From the IMG/VR virus record IMGVR_UViG_3300035102_000507: a stretch of 64,000 nt of DNA, one strand, 5' to 3'. The notes beneath the pieces are model-generated. The model saw only the letters and a program-made list of their open reading frames with translations. It was not told the origin of the DNA and made no database searches. Positions 1-9,190 of the stretch are shown in pieces (within the stretch, counting starts at the first letter, position 1; every line of letters starts with the position of its first letter). This stretch comes from a virus. The translations under genes and the position numbers were made by a program.

Positions 1-2509
1 GGTCGGTGCGCAGACGCTTGAGCGCCAGCTCCGCACCGTCCCGGGCGGCCCGATTGCTGGCCGCCTGAATCAGCGCCATGTTTTTTTCGGACACGTCGCC
101 CGCGACATGTACGCTGGAGTCGATGTTGAAGACCACGCCGCCACTGCCGCCCGAGCCGCGAATGGTGACAGGGATGGTGCGACCGTCCGGAAGCGGCACA
201 TGCGCCTCCTTGCGGTAGCGACCTTCGGAAACCCATGCCAGCTGCGGGCCGACGGAGACGCCGCCGTTGGCGTAGGCGGCATCCGCGCCGGCGAGTTCGG
301 TGGACTGGTTGCCGCCCCCGGAGGCGTCGCCACCGCTGAACAGGTCTCCGAAAAAGCTGCCCACGCCGGAGGCAAGGCTGCTGGTCAGCGGCTTCATGAC
401 GTTGATGCGAAATATTTCCTGCGCCACCTGCTTCACCAGATTGGTCAGGTCGCTCAGGTCTCCTTTCATATTGAAAACCATGTCGGTGCCGAGCTGCTCG
501 ACGCGGCGAAACGCTCCTTCGTAAACGTCCGCGATGCTTTCCGCGGCGGTCTGTGAATAGCGTTCGTATCGCGACGCCCCGAGGATGAGCCCGTCAATCA
601 TGCTGTCCGACTCCGCCAGCTGCATTTCGTGCTGACGCTTTTGCGCTGCGGCCCGTTCGTCCTCGATCTGGAGAATCTGCTCGGAAGCCCAGCGGTTCAC
701 CTTCACCTTGTCGGCCCCGGCCTGCTCAAAGCGCTTGGCTTCATCCTCGATGAGCTTTACTTCGTAGTCGTATCTGCCCAGAGACATGCGCTGATACTCG
801 ACATTGAACTCGGCCAGCACCTGCTTGCGCTGCTCCAGTGCGGCCTTCTGCGCGGCCAGCGCGCTGGCGCTCGGTCCGGACCGTTCCACGTTGGTGGGAG
901 TCGGCGACGGATCGGGGGGAGGGTCGTTGGTGGGGGCGGGGGTGTCCCTGTCTGCCTGCCCGCTGCGGTTGTCCAGCACCCGGAAGTCATGTTCGGCCTG
1001 CCGGCGCTCTTCACCGGCCTTGCGGCGCATTTCGGCCAGCCTGTCGGTCAGGCGCTTGATCCGCGCTTCCGACTCGGCAATCTGTTTGCGGATGGCGGGG
1101 CCTTGGGTTTCCAGGGACTGGCCGCTCAGCTCGGCCAGCCGCTTGCGGCGGTTGGCCAGAAAGTTCATCTCCTGCCGCATGACGGCATTGATTTTATCCC
1201 GGTCCGTGACCTTCTTGCCCTCGTCAAAGGTGTCCTTGATCTGACCGATGGCGGCGGAGACAAGCACAATGGCGGCCCGGGCCTTGGCCCCGCCCACGAT
1301 GGCGCCGATGAGGCCGATCTCCTGCACCACGTCGGGCAACTGGTTCCATCCCGTGATGGTTTTGTCGAACACCCTGCCCACGATCTCGGCAAAGTCGCCG
1401 GCGTGGCGGGCTGCACCGCCGAGCGTGGTCACGAGCTTGTCGCCGTTCTGGTCCAGCCAGTCGGACAGGCCGTTCAGGGTCTGCTTGAGGTCCGGCGCAA
1501 TGTCCTCGCCCAGATCAAGCATGGTGGCGTCGAGGGTATTCTGGAAACGTTCGCGGCTGGCTTCGAGTGTTTTTTCAAATGAATGCCACGCTTTTGCTGC
1601 TCGTCCCTGCCGGTTCTCCATTTCCTGAAGAACCTGATTGAACTGAGAAAACTCGTCGGCGAGCATGGGGGCCATGCCGGTCAGGGCCTCGGACGATTCG
1701 AACAGACGGCCCATGCTCATGCCGCTGGCTTCGGCCTGCTTCTTGATCTGAAGCAACGCCCCGGCAAGGCCGTATTGCTGGACAAGAGCCTCGCCGCTGG
1801 CCACCCCCATGGATTCGAGCAGATCCCGCATGCGCTCCTGCGGCTTGATCAGTCCCATCAAAATGGCGCGGTACTGAGTGGCGGCCTGCGAGGTGGTTCC
1901 GGCGGTCTGGGAAATGGCTGCCAGCGCCGCGCCCATCTCTTCCGCCTTGACGCCGAGCAGGCCGGAGATGGCAGCCACGTCGCCGATGACCGGCACGAGC
2001 TCCGCGAAACTGGTCTGCCCCTCCTTCTCGATGGAGAACAGCAGGTCCGCCGCGTCCGAGGCATCCCGGAACTCGCCTTCCAGACCCTTCATGACCTTGG
2101 TGAGCGCCTTGATGGTCTTGGACTGCGAAACGTGCGCCCCTTTGGAGGACTGCGCCGAAGTGGTGAGCATCTCCATGGCGGCGGCCGGTTCCTTCACCCC
2201 CGCCGAGATGGTCTGGTAGTATCCCTGCACCAGCTCGGTCATGGTGCCGAGCGAGTGCGGCAGCTCGCCAAGCTGCGAGTCGATTTCCTGCAGCGACTGG
2301 TCGGTGACCTTGGACATGTCGCGCAAGCTCACCTCGTACTGCTCGAACCGCTGGGTCACGTCCCGCAGGAACATGGCGCCGCCCGCAGCCACGAACGCGT
2401 TCTGCAACGTCATGGCCCGGCGCGTGAGCGCATCAACGGCCAGCCCCGCCTTGCGGAGCTGGCTCGTTGCCATGTCTTTTGCGCTAATAATTATCTGAGT
2501 TTCCGGCAT
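1..2509 (-). CDS. Tape measure protein (TP901-like core), 3' end outside the window
   Basis: Translated by hand from ATG 2509 (GGAGG RBS): MPETQIIISAKDMATSQLRKAGLAVD...; Ala/Gly-rich and helical; frame open where spot-checked; missing from the ORF track, consistent with running off the edge. Confidence 0.85.
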   Translation of the reverse strand, partial: MPETQIIISAKDMATSQLRKAGLAVDALTRRAMTLQNAFVAAGGAMFLRDVTQRFEQYEVSLRDMSKVTDQSLQEIDSQLGELPHSLGTMTELVQGYYQTISAGVKEPAAAMEMLTTSAQSSKGAHVSQSKTIKALTKVMKGLEGEFRDASDAADLLFSIEKEGQTSFAELVPVIGDVAAISGLLGVKAEEMGAALAAISQTAGTTSQAATQYRAILMGLIKPQERMRDLLESMGVASGEALVQQYGLAGALLQIKKQAEASGMSMGRLFESSEALTGMAPMLADEFSQFNQVLQEMENRQGRAAKAWHSFEKTLEASRERFQNTLDATMLDLGEDIAPDLKQTLNGLSDWLDQNGDKLVTTLGGAARHAGDFAEIVGRVFDKTITGWNQLPDVVQEIGLIGAIVGGAKARAAIVLVSAAIGQIKDTFDEGKKVTDRDKINAVMRQEMNFLANRRKRLAELSGQSLETQGPAIRKQIAESEARIKRLTDRLAEMRRKAGEERRQAEHDFRVLDNRSGQADRDTPAPTNDPPPDPSPTPTNVERSGPSASALAAQKAALEQRKQVLAEFNVEYQRMSLGRYDYEVKLIEDEAKRFEQAGADKVKVNRWASEQILQIEDERAAAQKRQHEMQLAESDSMIDGLILGASRYERYSQTAAESIADVYEGAFRRVEQLGTDMVFNMKGDLSDLTNLVKQVAQEIFRINVMKPLTSSLASGVGSFFGDLFSGGDASGGGNQSTELAGADAAYANGGVSVGPQLAWVSEGRYRKEAHVPLPDGRTIPVTIRGSGGSGGVVFNIDSSVHVAGDVSEKNMALIQAASNRAARDGAELALKRLRTD

Positions 2510-2840
2510 CGTTCCTCCGGGCCATCCGGTTCAGTTCGAATTGCTCCAGGTGCTTGAGTCTGCGAAAAACCCCGGCATCCACGTCCAGTGGCGGGTCCTG
2601 TCTTTCGGCCACCCAATCCACGGCGGGCCAGTCCAGCCCGACAGGGCCCAGCGGCCCGACCCGCCACTGGTTGTTGCAGTCTATCCAGAGGCGCCAGACC
2701 GCACGGTTTTCGGGCATGAGCTCCGGGCTGTCCGCGCGGACCTCGCATTCGGCGCACTCTGCGGCGGTGCCGTTACATGTGTCGCAGTATGCAGCTCGGT
2801 CCGGGTCCGCGACCCAACGCCAGACCGCTAGGAGTTTTCC
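2484..2840 (-). CDS. Tail assembly chaperone gpT-like extension (-1 frame)
   Basis: The -1 frame is open from GGAAAAC (2840-2834) through ORF 2484..2717 (LLAVWRWVADPDRAAYCDTC...PENRAVWRLW...GLDWPAV). Confidence 0.75.
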   Translation of the reverse strand, partial: GKLLAVWRWVADPDRAAYCDTCNGTAAECAECEVRADSPELMPENRAVWRLWIDCNNQWRVGPLGPVGLDWPAVDWVAERQDPPLDVDAGVFRRLKHLEQFELNRMARRNDAGNSDNY

Positions 2841-3100
2841 GCCAGCTCGGGCAGGGTGAACGTGTGGCGCTGGGTCTCGGACACCAGCAGCATGACGTCG
2901 CGGTTGGACTGGCGGATCTCCTCGAACAGCTCCTCGCCGTACAGATTCTCCACCATGCGCCGCACGTTTTCGCGCGCTTCGAGCACATCGAGTTCGGCCT
3001 CGTCCTCACGGCGGCGCAGGATTTCCGTGGCCTCGTCAAAGCCGAGCCCCTTGAGCTCAACGGTCTTGCCGCAGTCCGGCAGCAGAATGGTCTTGGGCAT
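2828..3100 (-). CDS. Tail assembly chaperone gpG-like
   Basis: 90 aa, between tail tube and tape measure, ends GCG GAA AAC TCC TAG. Confidence 0.75.
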   Translation of the reverse strand: MPKTILLPDCGKTVELKGLGFDEATEILRRREDEAELDVLEARENVRRMVENLYGEELFEEIRQSNRDVMLLVSETQRHTFTLPELAENS

Positions 3101-4507
3101 CTATTCCTCCCAGGTCTTGATTTCGTTGCGCAGCCGCACCACGAGCCCGCTGCCTTCGGAGGCAACGTCGTGGAAGGCGCTGTAACTGAATTCTTCCTTC
3201 ACACCCTTGGGCCCGGAGATGGCCGGGGTGTTTCGCTGATACAGGCATTCGGGCAGCAACAGGGACAGCTGATAGCCGTTGTTCACCAGCAGGATTTCCA
3301 GCCGCTTGCGGTCGCCGGTGTTCGACGCTTCAAGAAACCGCGTATCCTTGAACAGGGCGGTCATCTGTCCGGACAGCGTCATGAGGCCCTCGGAGAGAGA
3401 GCCGCGACGGCCGTCGGCGCCGATGGTGTAGCCGTCCTCGGTGTCCAGATCGTTGGACACGTCCAGCGAAAACGTCTTGAGCCGGTCGGCGAGCAGCACG
3501 CCGTCTTCGAGAATCCGCGCCTGACGCTGCTGGAATTTGTGCAGCGGCAGGCGGACGGCGGAGGCGTCATAGGGCTGGGTGGAGTCGCTTTCGCCACGGC
3601 CGACGATATCCAGACTGGCGGACATGGCGCCGGATTCGCCCACGCTCAGGCCCAGCGAGTTGAGCTTGAGGCCTTCGCACACGGCGTAGAGCGGCAGGTC
3701 CGGAAAAGCCTTCTCAGCGAGGAAGCTGGGCATGTCGTCAACCACCACATAGGTGTGATCGAAGAAGCCGGCGCTGGCGGTCGGGGTGTCGTCGAACGCT
3801 TCTTCGACGTAGGCGGCCGTGATCACGATTGCATCCAGACCGGATCCCCGACGCACGACGTGCGTGCCGTCATAATTGACCGTGCCGGAGATGACGACTT
3901 GCGCGCCGACCGGCAGGCCGTGCCCCTTGCTGGGCAGCGCCACCGTGCCGTCGCCGCGATCCGCCGCATCGCCGAGCAGCGTCACGACCCGGGCCAGCTG
4001 GACGGTTTCGGTACCGTCAAACACTTCGGCGGCATACGGGGCGGCAATCACCAGTTCGTTGTCCGTGGTCTCGGTGGCCAGCGAGTACGCGCCGTCGTAG
4101 CCGGTGGTGCCGGAGATGAGCACGGGAGCGCCTGCCGCAAGGCCGTGTCCGGTGGCGGGCAGGCCCACCTTGCCGGAGCCTTTGTCCACGGCGTTGCCCG
4201 CGTCCAGCGTCAGGGCTGGGACGGGCTCGGTGGCCGGCAGGCCGAACAGGCCGCGCAGCCAGATGCCGAAGGAATGCGCGTCAACGGGGACGTCGGCGCT
4301 GCCGCGCTCGTCGGTGAGCCCTTCGTCCGGCGCCACCGGGTTGCGTGAGCCGGTCAGGATTTCGTCCGGCGTCTGGTCGCGCGACTCGGCCACCTCAAAT
4401 GATCGGATCGGGACCCGAAACGCCCTCTTGACGCCGGGCCGCACGCCGTAGGTGGCTTCGAAGTCCACCGTCACCGCACTTTTGTATCCTCTTGCCTGTC
4501 TACCCAT
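3101..4507 (-). CDS. Major tail (tube) protein with two inserted beta-domain repeats
   Basis: 468 aa, upstream of the chaperones; tube-like N and C termini; internal duplicated GHGL..G..V.ISGT..YDG motif. Confidence 0.7.
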   Translation of the reverse strand: MGRQARGYKSAVTVDFEATYGVRPGVKRAFRVPIRSFEVAESRDQTPDEILTGSRNPVAPDEGLTDERGSADVPVDAHSFGIWLRGLFGLPATEPVPALTLDAGNAVDKGSGKVGLPATGHGLAAGAPVLISGTTGYDGAYSLATETTDNELVIAAPYAAEVFDGTETVQLARVVTLLGDAADRGDGTVALPSKGHGLPVGAQVVISGTVNYDGTHVVRRGSGLDAIVITAAYVEEAFDDTPTASAGFFDHTYVVVDDMPSFLAEKAFPDLPLYAVCEGLKLNSLGLSVGESGAMSASLDIVGRGESDSTQPYDASAVRLPLHKFQQRQARILEDGVLLADRLKTFSLDVSNDLDTEDGYTIGADGRRGSLSEGLMTLSGQMTALFKDTRFLEASNTGDRKRLEILLVNNGYQLSLLLPECLYQRNTPAISGPKGVKEEFSYSAFHDVASEGSGLVVRLRNEIKTWEE

Positions 4508-4516
4508 AGTGTCCTC

Positions 4517-4954
4517 CTAAATGGTGTTGTCCTCGACCACCTCGAAAATCAGGTGGCGTTCAAAGAGATGCTTGCCCGGGCGCGAAGTCTCTCCCTCCCA
4601 GGACGATGGTGCGGCTTCGCACCCTTCCAGCGCATCAAGCGCCAGCGATTCGAAGCGGCGGATCAGGCCGTAGCCGCGAACCTCGTATCCGTTCGCCAGT
4701 TCGTCGCGTTCACGGCAATTCAGGCCGAGCGCCATCAGCACGGTCCTGCGGGCCGTGCTGCGCTCGAAACCGTCGCGGTCGGCGAACGGGACCAAGGCAA
4801 TGTACGGCGCATCCCCGCTGCCGTGGGGCGCTCTGGGATCAAAGCCCAGAATCAACACGGGCTCGCCGCCGAGCGTGTCCCGGCAGAAGTCCTGCAGCGC
4901 AGGAGAATCCTGCAATGCTGCGACCCATTCTTTGGCGATTTCGTAGCTGTCCAT
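4517..4954 (-). CDS. Putative tail terminator / neck protein
   Basis: 145 aa, immediately upstream of the tail tube gene; called from position only. Confidence 0.45.
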   Translation of the reverse strand: MDSYEIAKEWVAALQDSPALQDFCRDTLGGEPVLILGFDPRAPHGSGDAPYIALVPFADRDGFERSTARRTVLMALGLNCRERDELANGYEVRGYGLIRRFESLALDALEGCEAAPSSWEGETSRPGKHLFERHLIFEVVEDNTI

Positions 4955-4957
4955 GCG

Positions 4958-5629
4958 TTACCTCAGAGCGAAAGCCCGGCTGGATTTGCCGAGGTAGTAG
5001 GAAATCTTCTGCTCGATCCGTTCGAAAATCTCGTCGCGTGACCCCTCGTAGACCGGGGTGATCAGATCGCGGGGCGGGCTCTCAATGGTGTCCTCCGCCG
5101 GAATGGGCAGCCCGGCCGCGCCGAAGAACCGCCGCATCTTGTCCGTGACGCGCGTGCTGAAACCGCGCTGCAATGACCACGCGCGGCGGGCCGCTGCCGG
5201 AGAGAGCCAGCCCACGCGCACGCGCATGAGCCGCTTGTCGCGGCGGTAGCCGACGGCCTTGACCAGCTGGCCGTATGCGTGGGTGGCGGGTTGCCGGAAG
5301 TGTCCCTTCGCATCATCGAGAACGCGCTGCTGCTGAATCTCGGACAGTTCGGGCCAGTTCTCGCCGGGCGGATCCTCGTCGTAGACCGTGTTCTTGATTT
5401 CCTGCTGCAACCACCAACCCGCAGACCCGAGAGCGCGGTTGAACTCGGACGGGAAGGTGCGCACCAGAAAAGCCATGAACGGAGCCGTGGTGTCCCGGAT
5501 GGCCACGCGGGCCCCGCCCCGGTGGGACGAGTAAAAGGGGTAGGTCCGGAGCACGGTCTTGCCCTGATGGCCCTTGACCGGAAAACGTACCGTGCCTTGG
5601 TATCCCTCGAAATCGCTCCAGCTGCTCAT
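4958..5629 (-). CDS. Putative neck / tail completion protein
   Basis: Basic, about 223 aa from ATG 5629 (MSSWSDFEG), in the neck module. Confidence 0.45.
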   Translation of the reverse strand: MSSWSDFEGYQGTVRFPVKGHQGKTVLRTYPFYSSHRGGARVAIRDTTAPFMAFLVRTFPSEFNRALGSAGWWLQQEIKNTVYDEDPPGENWPELSEIQQQRVLDDAKGHFRQPATHAYGQLVKAVGYRRDKRLMRVRVGWLSPAAARRAWSLQRGFSTRVTDKMRRFFGAAGLPIPAEDTIESPPRDLITPVYEGSRDEIFERIEQKISYYLGKSSRAFALR

Positions 5630-5973
5630 GCCGGACTGCTCCCACGTTGTTCGGCCACGCAGCGCAGGCGCCACCATATCGGCGTCGATGTGCGGGGCAG
5701 GGCATCCACCTGACGGATTTCGTACAGCCGGGTTTCGAACGCGATTTCGTCGCCGTACACGGGAGGTTCGGGATGATCCGACACGGCGAGGCGAAACGAA
5801 GCGTGGTGTCCCAATCCGTCGAACAGGTCGGCATCGAACCCCGACGGGGTGGAGCCGAACCCGAAGACGGTGACCACCGCACGGGTGGGCACCGCTTCAC
5901 CGGTCTCGGCCACGTAATCGACCGTGCGGCCGCATTCGTCGAGCATGGACCGGGCATGGTCTGACGTCAGCAT
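5626..5973 (-). CDS. Putative head-tail joining protein (FII-like)
   Basis: 115 aa with beta-rich character and a 4-bp overlap with the next gene; called from position. Confidence 0.5.
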   Translation of the reverse strand: MLTSDHARSMLDECGRTVDYVAETGEAVPTRAVVTVFGFGSTPSGFDADLFDGLGHHASFRLAVSDHPEPPVYGDEIAFETRLYEIRQVDALPRTSTPIWWRLRCVAEQRGSSPA

Positions 5974-5977
5974 GGCG

Positions 5978-6178
5978 TCAGTCCTCGCGTTCCGAGACAG
6001 GCAGCTCTTCCAGATCGGGCAGGGCTTCCAGCTCGCGGGTACGGGCGTTGTATTCCTCGGGCGTCGGCACGGTGTAGCCGTCGTCGGTCAGGGCTGCGGC
6101 TATCTGGGCGAACGTGGCCCCGACCCTGAGCGCGCCCTTGATCATCAGCAATACTTCCATGGTCCTGTCCTCCGACAT
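5978..6178 (-). CDS. Hypothetical protein
   Basis: 66 aa, GGAGG RBS, fits the operon. Confidence 0.6.
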   Translation of the reverse strand: MSEDRTMEVLLMIKGALRVGATFAQIAAALTDDGYTVPTPEEYNARTRELEALPDLEELPVSERED

Positions 6179-6182
6179 TGTC

Positions 6183-6758
6183 TTATCCTCCGAGGATTCG
6201 GTTCATCGCCGCCTTGGCCTGCGTCAGCAGGGACCGGGCCTTGTCCAGCAGGGCGGGCCAGTCTCCGGGACGCGTGCGGGAGTACCGCCACGTGTCTGTG
6301 GCGTTGCGCAGCAGCACGAGGACGGTCTTTGTCCGGTTGAGCAGCGGGGCCACATCCGTCTTGAGCTGTTTGCGGGTGTCGGGTTCGACCTGCGGCAGCA
6401 GCTGGCGGTATTGCGTATCGACACTTTCAAAGGCCGTGGTGATTTCGTCGGTCACGGCCACGGCCTGTTCGTGAGGCGGCAGGTTCTTGAGCGCGCAACC
6501 GGACAGGGCGGGGCCCAGCGTGACGATAAGAAGCACGACGCCGAGTCCGGTCTTGTCGGGCTTGCCCGCCACCACCTTGTCCCTGGCCTTGATGCGGCCG
6601 TAGATCGTCCCGACGGTGGTCGCCACGGCTGCCAGCAGCGTCAGGATTTTTTCCAGCTCGCCCGCCTGCACATCGAGGCCGAACAGGCTGAACAGCAGCA
6701 CGCCCATTCCGGCGAGGCTGGAAATGACGGTTTTCGATTGCAACAGATTCTTTTGCAT
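6183..6758 (-). CDS. Membrane protein: holin-like N-terminus plus internal lipobox (spanin-like candidate)
   Basis: MQKNLLQSKT...TIYGRIKA holin-like segment, then hydrophobic stretch ending LSGC; TGATG-coupled to the endolysin gene. Confidence 0.5.
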   Translation of the reverse strand: MQKNLLQSKTVISSLAGMGVLLFSLFGLDVQAGELEKILTLLAAVATTVGTIYGRIKARDKVVAGKPDKTGLGVVLLIVTLGPALSGCALKNLPPHEQAVAVTDEITTAFESVDTQYRQLLPQVEPDTRKQLKTDVAPLLNRTKTVLVLLRNATDTWRYSRTRPGDWPALLDKARSLLTQAKAAMNRILGG

Positions 6759-7300
6759 CAGACCTCCTGCAGTCTGCGGTTGAGCTCGGTGACGCGTCCC
6801 GTCCACCCGAGCAGGTATTTCATGCTTGCGGGCCGCTTCCGGCAGATGTCCCGGTAGTGGTCCATTCGGTTGAGCAGCAGGTCCTTGGCCAGCAACAGCG
6901 AGCGGGTGCGGGAGTTGCCGACGTAAAAGTCCATGGTGCCGATGGTGCGGGTGCCGGTCACGCCGTCCACCACCAGCGACGGGACTACCTCGCCGTCGAT
7001 GAACAGGGCGTTGATGCTTCGCTGGAGGATCCGACCGGCCGGACGGAGACCGAGGTTGACCGCCGTGTCGAACATGACCAGCGCCACATGGGCGGGCATC
7101 TGGTCGCAGTTCTGGGCGTGCCAGTAGTCGCGGCGGTAAATCTCCTTGGCGCCCGCACGGGTCAGGGCCGCGATATCCACGTCGGGGTACGCCCGCGCGG
7201 AGATACCGAATTTGGTTTCCCCGCCCGGATCGTCCGGGTCGTTCACATAGCCGCCCTCGTGCTCAAGCACGAAGGTGAGTGCGCATTCGAGACTGTTCAT
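6758..7300 (-). CDS. Endolysin, glycoside hydrolase family 108
   Basis: EGGYVNDPDDPGGETKFGIS signature; C-terminal segment resembles PG-binding 3 (Y.LGW..R). Confidence 0.9.
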   Translation of the reverse strand: MNSLECALTFVLEHEGGYVNDPDDPGGETKFGISARAYPDVDIAALTRAGAKEIYRRDYWHAQNCDQMPAHVALVMFDTAVNLGLRPAGRILQRSINALFIDGEVVPSLVVDGVTGTRTIGTMDFYVGNSRTRSLLLAKDLLLNRMDHYRDICRKRPASMKYLLGWTGRVTELNRRLQEV

Positions 7301-7773
7301 AAAGCCCTCCTGGGATCGCCGGAGTCCCGGCAGTGGCGCAGCCGCTCCATGAGCCATGCGGGCAGACGGATGCCCAGCGCGGCGAGATGGTCCGCTGCGG
7401 AGAGAAATTCGTTGATGGCCAGATACGCGATCATCAGATCCCGCGCGGGACTCTGGAGCCAGCTCGTGGAAATGGCCAGGTCCAGCACGTGGGCAATGGC
7501 GACGGCGATGACGTAGAGCAGAAACTTGCCGATGCCCTTGCGCATCTTCGCCAGCGACAGACGCCTTTCATAGAAGGCGCGCGAAAAGCCCAGCAGATAG
7601 TCGGCGCAGAACAGAATCGTAAGGGCGCCGAACGGCAGGTCGAACCCGCCGAGCAGCCAGCCCACGACGCCGAGGCAGGTGCCGCCGATGGCCTTGAGCC
7701 CGAACTGATCGGCAACGGGAGCGCAGAGGGCGCGCAGGGTGAGGATGGCGTCGAGGAAACTGTCGCTTTGCAT
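7297..7773 (-). CDS. Phage holin (holin_4_1-like)
   Basis: Several TM segments; DY..G..RA...LS..KMRKGI.K and INE..S...HLA..G...P.WL motifs. Confidence 0.8.
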   Translation of the reverse strand: MQSDSFLDAILTLRALCAPVADQFGLKAIGGTCLGVVGWLLGGFDLPFGALTILFCADYLLGFSRAFYERRLSLAKMRKGIGKFLLYVIAVAIAHVLDLAISTSWLQSPARDLMIAYLAINEFLSAADHLAALGIRLPAWLMERLRHCRDSGDPRRAL

Positions 7774-7790
7774 GACCGCTCCGGGGTTGC

Positions 7791-7832
7791 CCCCGCCTGC
7801 GGACCATGGGGGTGACGTGTCCGCAGGCGGGG
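7791..7832. repeat. 14-bp inverted repeat hairpin between the capsid and lysis genes
   Basis: CCCCGCCTGCGGAC / GTCCGCAGGCGGGG with a 14-nt loop. Confidence 0.8.
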
Positions 7833-7844
7833 ATGGTACGGAGG

Positions 7845-8177
7845 TTAACCCTTGTCGTCGGAGGTCCCGTTGGCGAGCTGGGCTTCCAGCCCCTTGGCGT
7901 ACTCCACGGCCTCGTCCAGCTTGGCTCTCAGGTCCTCGTTCTCGACCTTGAGGGTTCTGGCGGATTCGTTGGCACTGTCGAGCTTGGCCTTCATTTCAGC
8001 CGCCTCGGCGGACATGGGGGGAGTGGCCGGATCGTCCTCGCCGGGCAAAGCGGCCAGCCCTTCCTTGAGCAGGCGGTCGGCCTCGCTGACGGGGATGGGG
8101 TGGACCTTACCGGCGGCGTACTTGCGCTCGCCGTCGAACAGGGTCGCGAGCAGCTTGACTTTCTTGGTTTTGGCCAT
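7845..8177 (-). CDS. Hypothetical capsid-associated protein
   Basis: MAKTKKVK... 110 aa directly after the major capsid gene; coiled-coil C-terminus. Confidence 0.65.
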   Translation of the reverse strand: MAKTKKVKLLATLFDGERKYAAGKVHPIPVSEADRLLKEGLAALPGEDDPATPPMSAEAAEMKAKLDSANESARTLKVENEDLRAKLDEAVEYAKGLEAQLANGTSDDKG

Positions 8178-8179
8178 GG

Positions 8180-9181
8180 CTACACCACCTTGTTGTACAT
8201 GAACGCGCCGGGGTTCTTGGGCAGCGGCACCGGGCGGGATTCCATCAGGACGAACAGCGCGGAGGGGTCGTTCTCTTCGTACGTCTTGACGAACTTCTCG
8301 CAGGGGCCGGGGCACTTGAGGTCGTTGGGCAGGCCGAACTCAATGGAGTTGTCGGAGCTGCGGCTGCCGGCCACGGCATAGTCCGGGTGCAGCAGCTGCT
8401 TGGCCACGCCGTCCTCCTGATACGTGCCGCCGTAGACGTAGATGTCCACGCCGTTGACGTTGCCCTTGTACAGGCTCTTGACGCGGGGCGAGAGTTCGCC
8501 CACGTCAAGGCGGCGGTTGTCGAGCTTGTCGGCGATGCGGTCGCGGAAATGCTTCCACGCGTTCGTGCCCAGCACCACGGTGTCCATGCCGCAGCTGGAG
8601 GCTTCGAGGATCACGTTGTACCAGTCCTCGAACTGGCCCTCGGGATCGGCGCCGGGGTCGGACCACAGGGCGGTGCCGGACAGGGCCAGCTTGTTGTCGG
8701 CGGGCATGAGGTAGTCGATGTGCACCTTGGCGTCTTCGCCGGAGAGGGTGATCTCGCCGGTCAGGGCCATGGCGCAGTACAGTTCGTAGGTCAGCTCCAG
8801 CCGGTCGTCGAGGTTCTTGAGGTCGGCGGCCAGCTTGGCTTCGACGCGGTCCATCGGAGCGCCGGGGCTGCTGGGCGCGGTTCCCGGAACCTTTTCCTTC
8901 AAAAGGTCCGCTCCGGAATAAGGCAGTTTGGGGCGCAGCCGGGGAGCCTTGACGATGCGGCTTTCCCGAGACGTGGCGTCCACGACCTTACCGCGCGAAA
9001 CCTCGGAGACGACGGGAATAACTTCCTTGCCGCCGACCACGAGCTCCAGTTCCACGGTATTGGTCTCAAGCGCATTGCGCTTGCTGAAAAACAGTTCCTT
9101 GAACAGTCCCGGGAAATGCGGGAACCGCTCCACCACACCCATCATGGTGTAGATGTCGAACGGGTTGTATACAAAAGTCAT
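8180..9181 (-). CDS. Major capsid protein, lambda gpE family
   Basis: 333 aa, follows gpD-like gene; F..LFF..., E..CAMALTG.I and ESRPVPLP motifs. Confidence 0.9.
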   Translation of the reverse strand: MTFVYNPFDIYTMMGVVERFPHFPGLFKELFFSKRNALETNTVELELVVGGKEVIPVVSEVSRGKVVDATSRESRIVKAPRLRPKLPYSGADLLKEKVPGTAPSSPGAPMDRVEAKLAADLKNLDDRLELTYELYCAMALTGEITLSGEDAKVHIDYLMPADNKLALSGTALWSDPGADPEGQFEDWYNVILEASSCGMDTVVLGTNAWKHFRDRIADKLDNRRLDVGELSPRVKSLYKGNVNGVDIYVYGGTYQEDGVAKQLLHPDYAVAGSRSSDNSIEFGLPNDLKCPGPCEKFVKTYEENDPSALFVLMESRPVPLPKNPGAFMYNKVV

Positions 9182-9190
9182 CGCATCCTC

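Noticed and set aside
629-4348. Long plus-strand ORFs (629..1582, 1583..2557, 2777..4348)
   Set aside because: Antisense shadows of GC-rich tape measure and tail genes with no recognisable motifs; the same applies to 8387..9574, 9583..10941, 15022..16971, 47946..49664 and similar ORFs.
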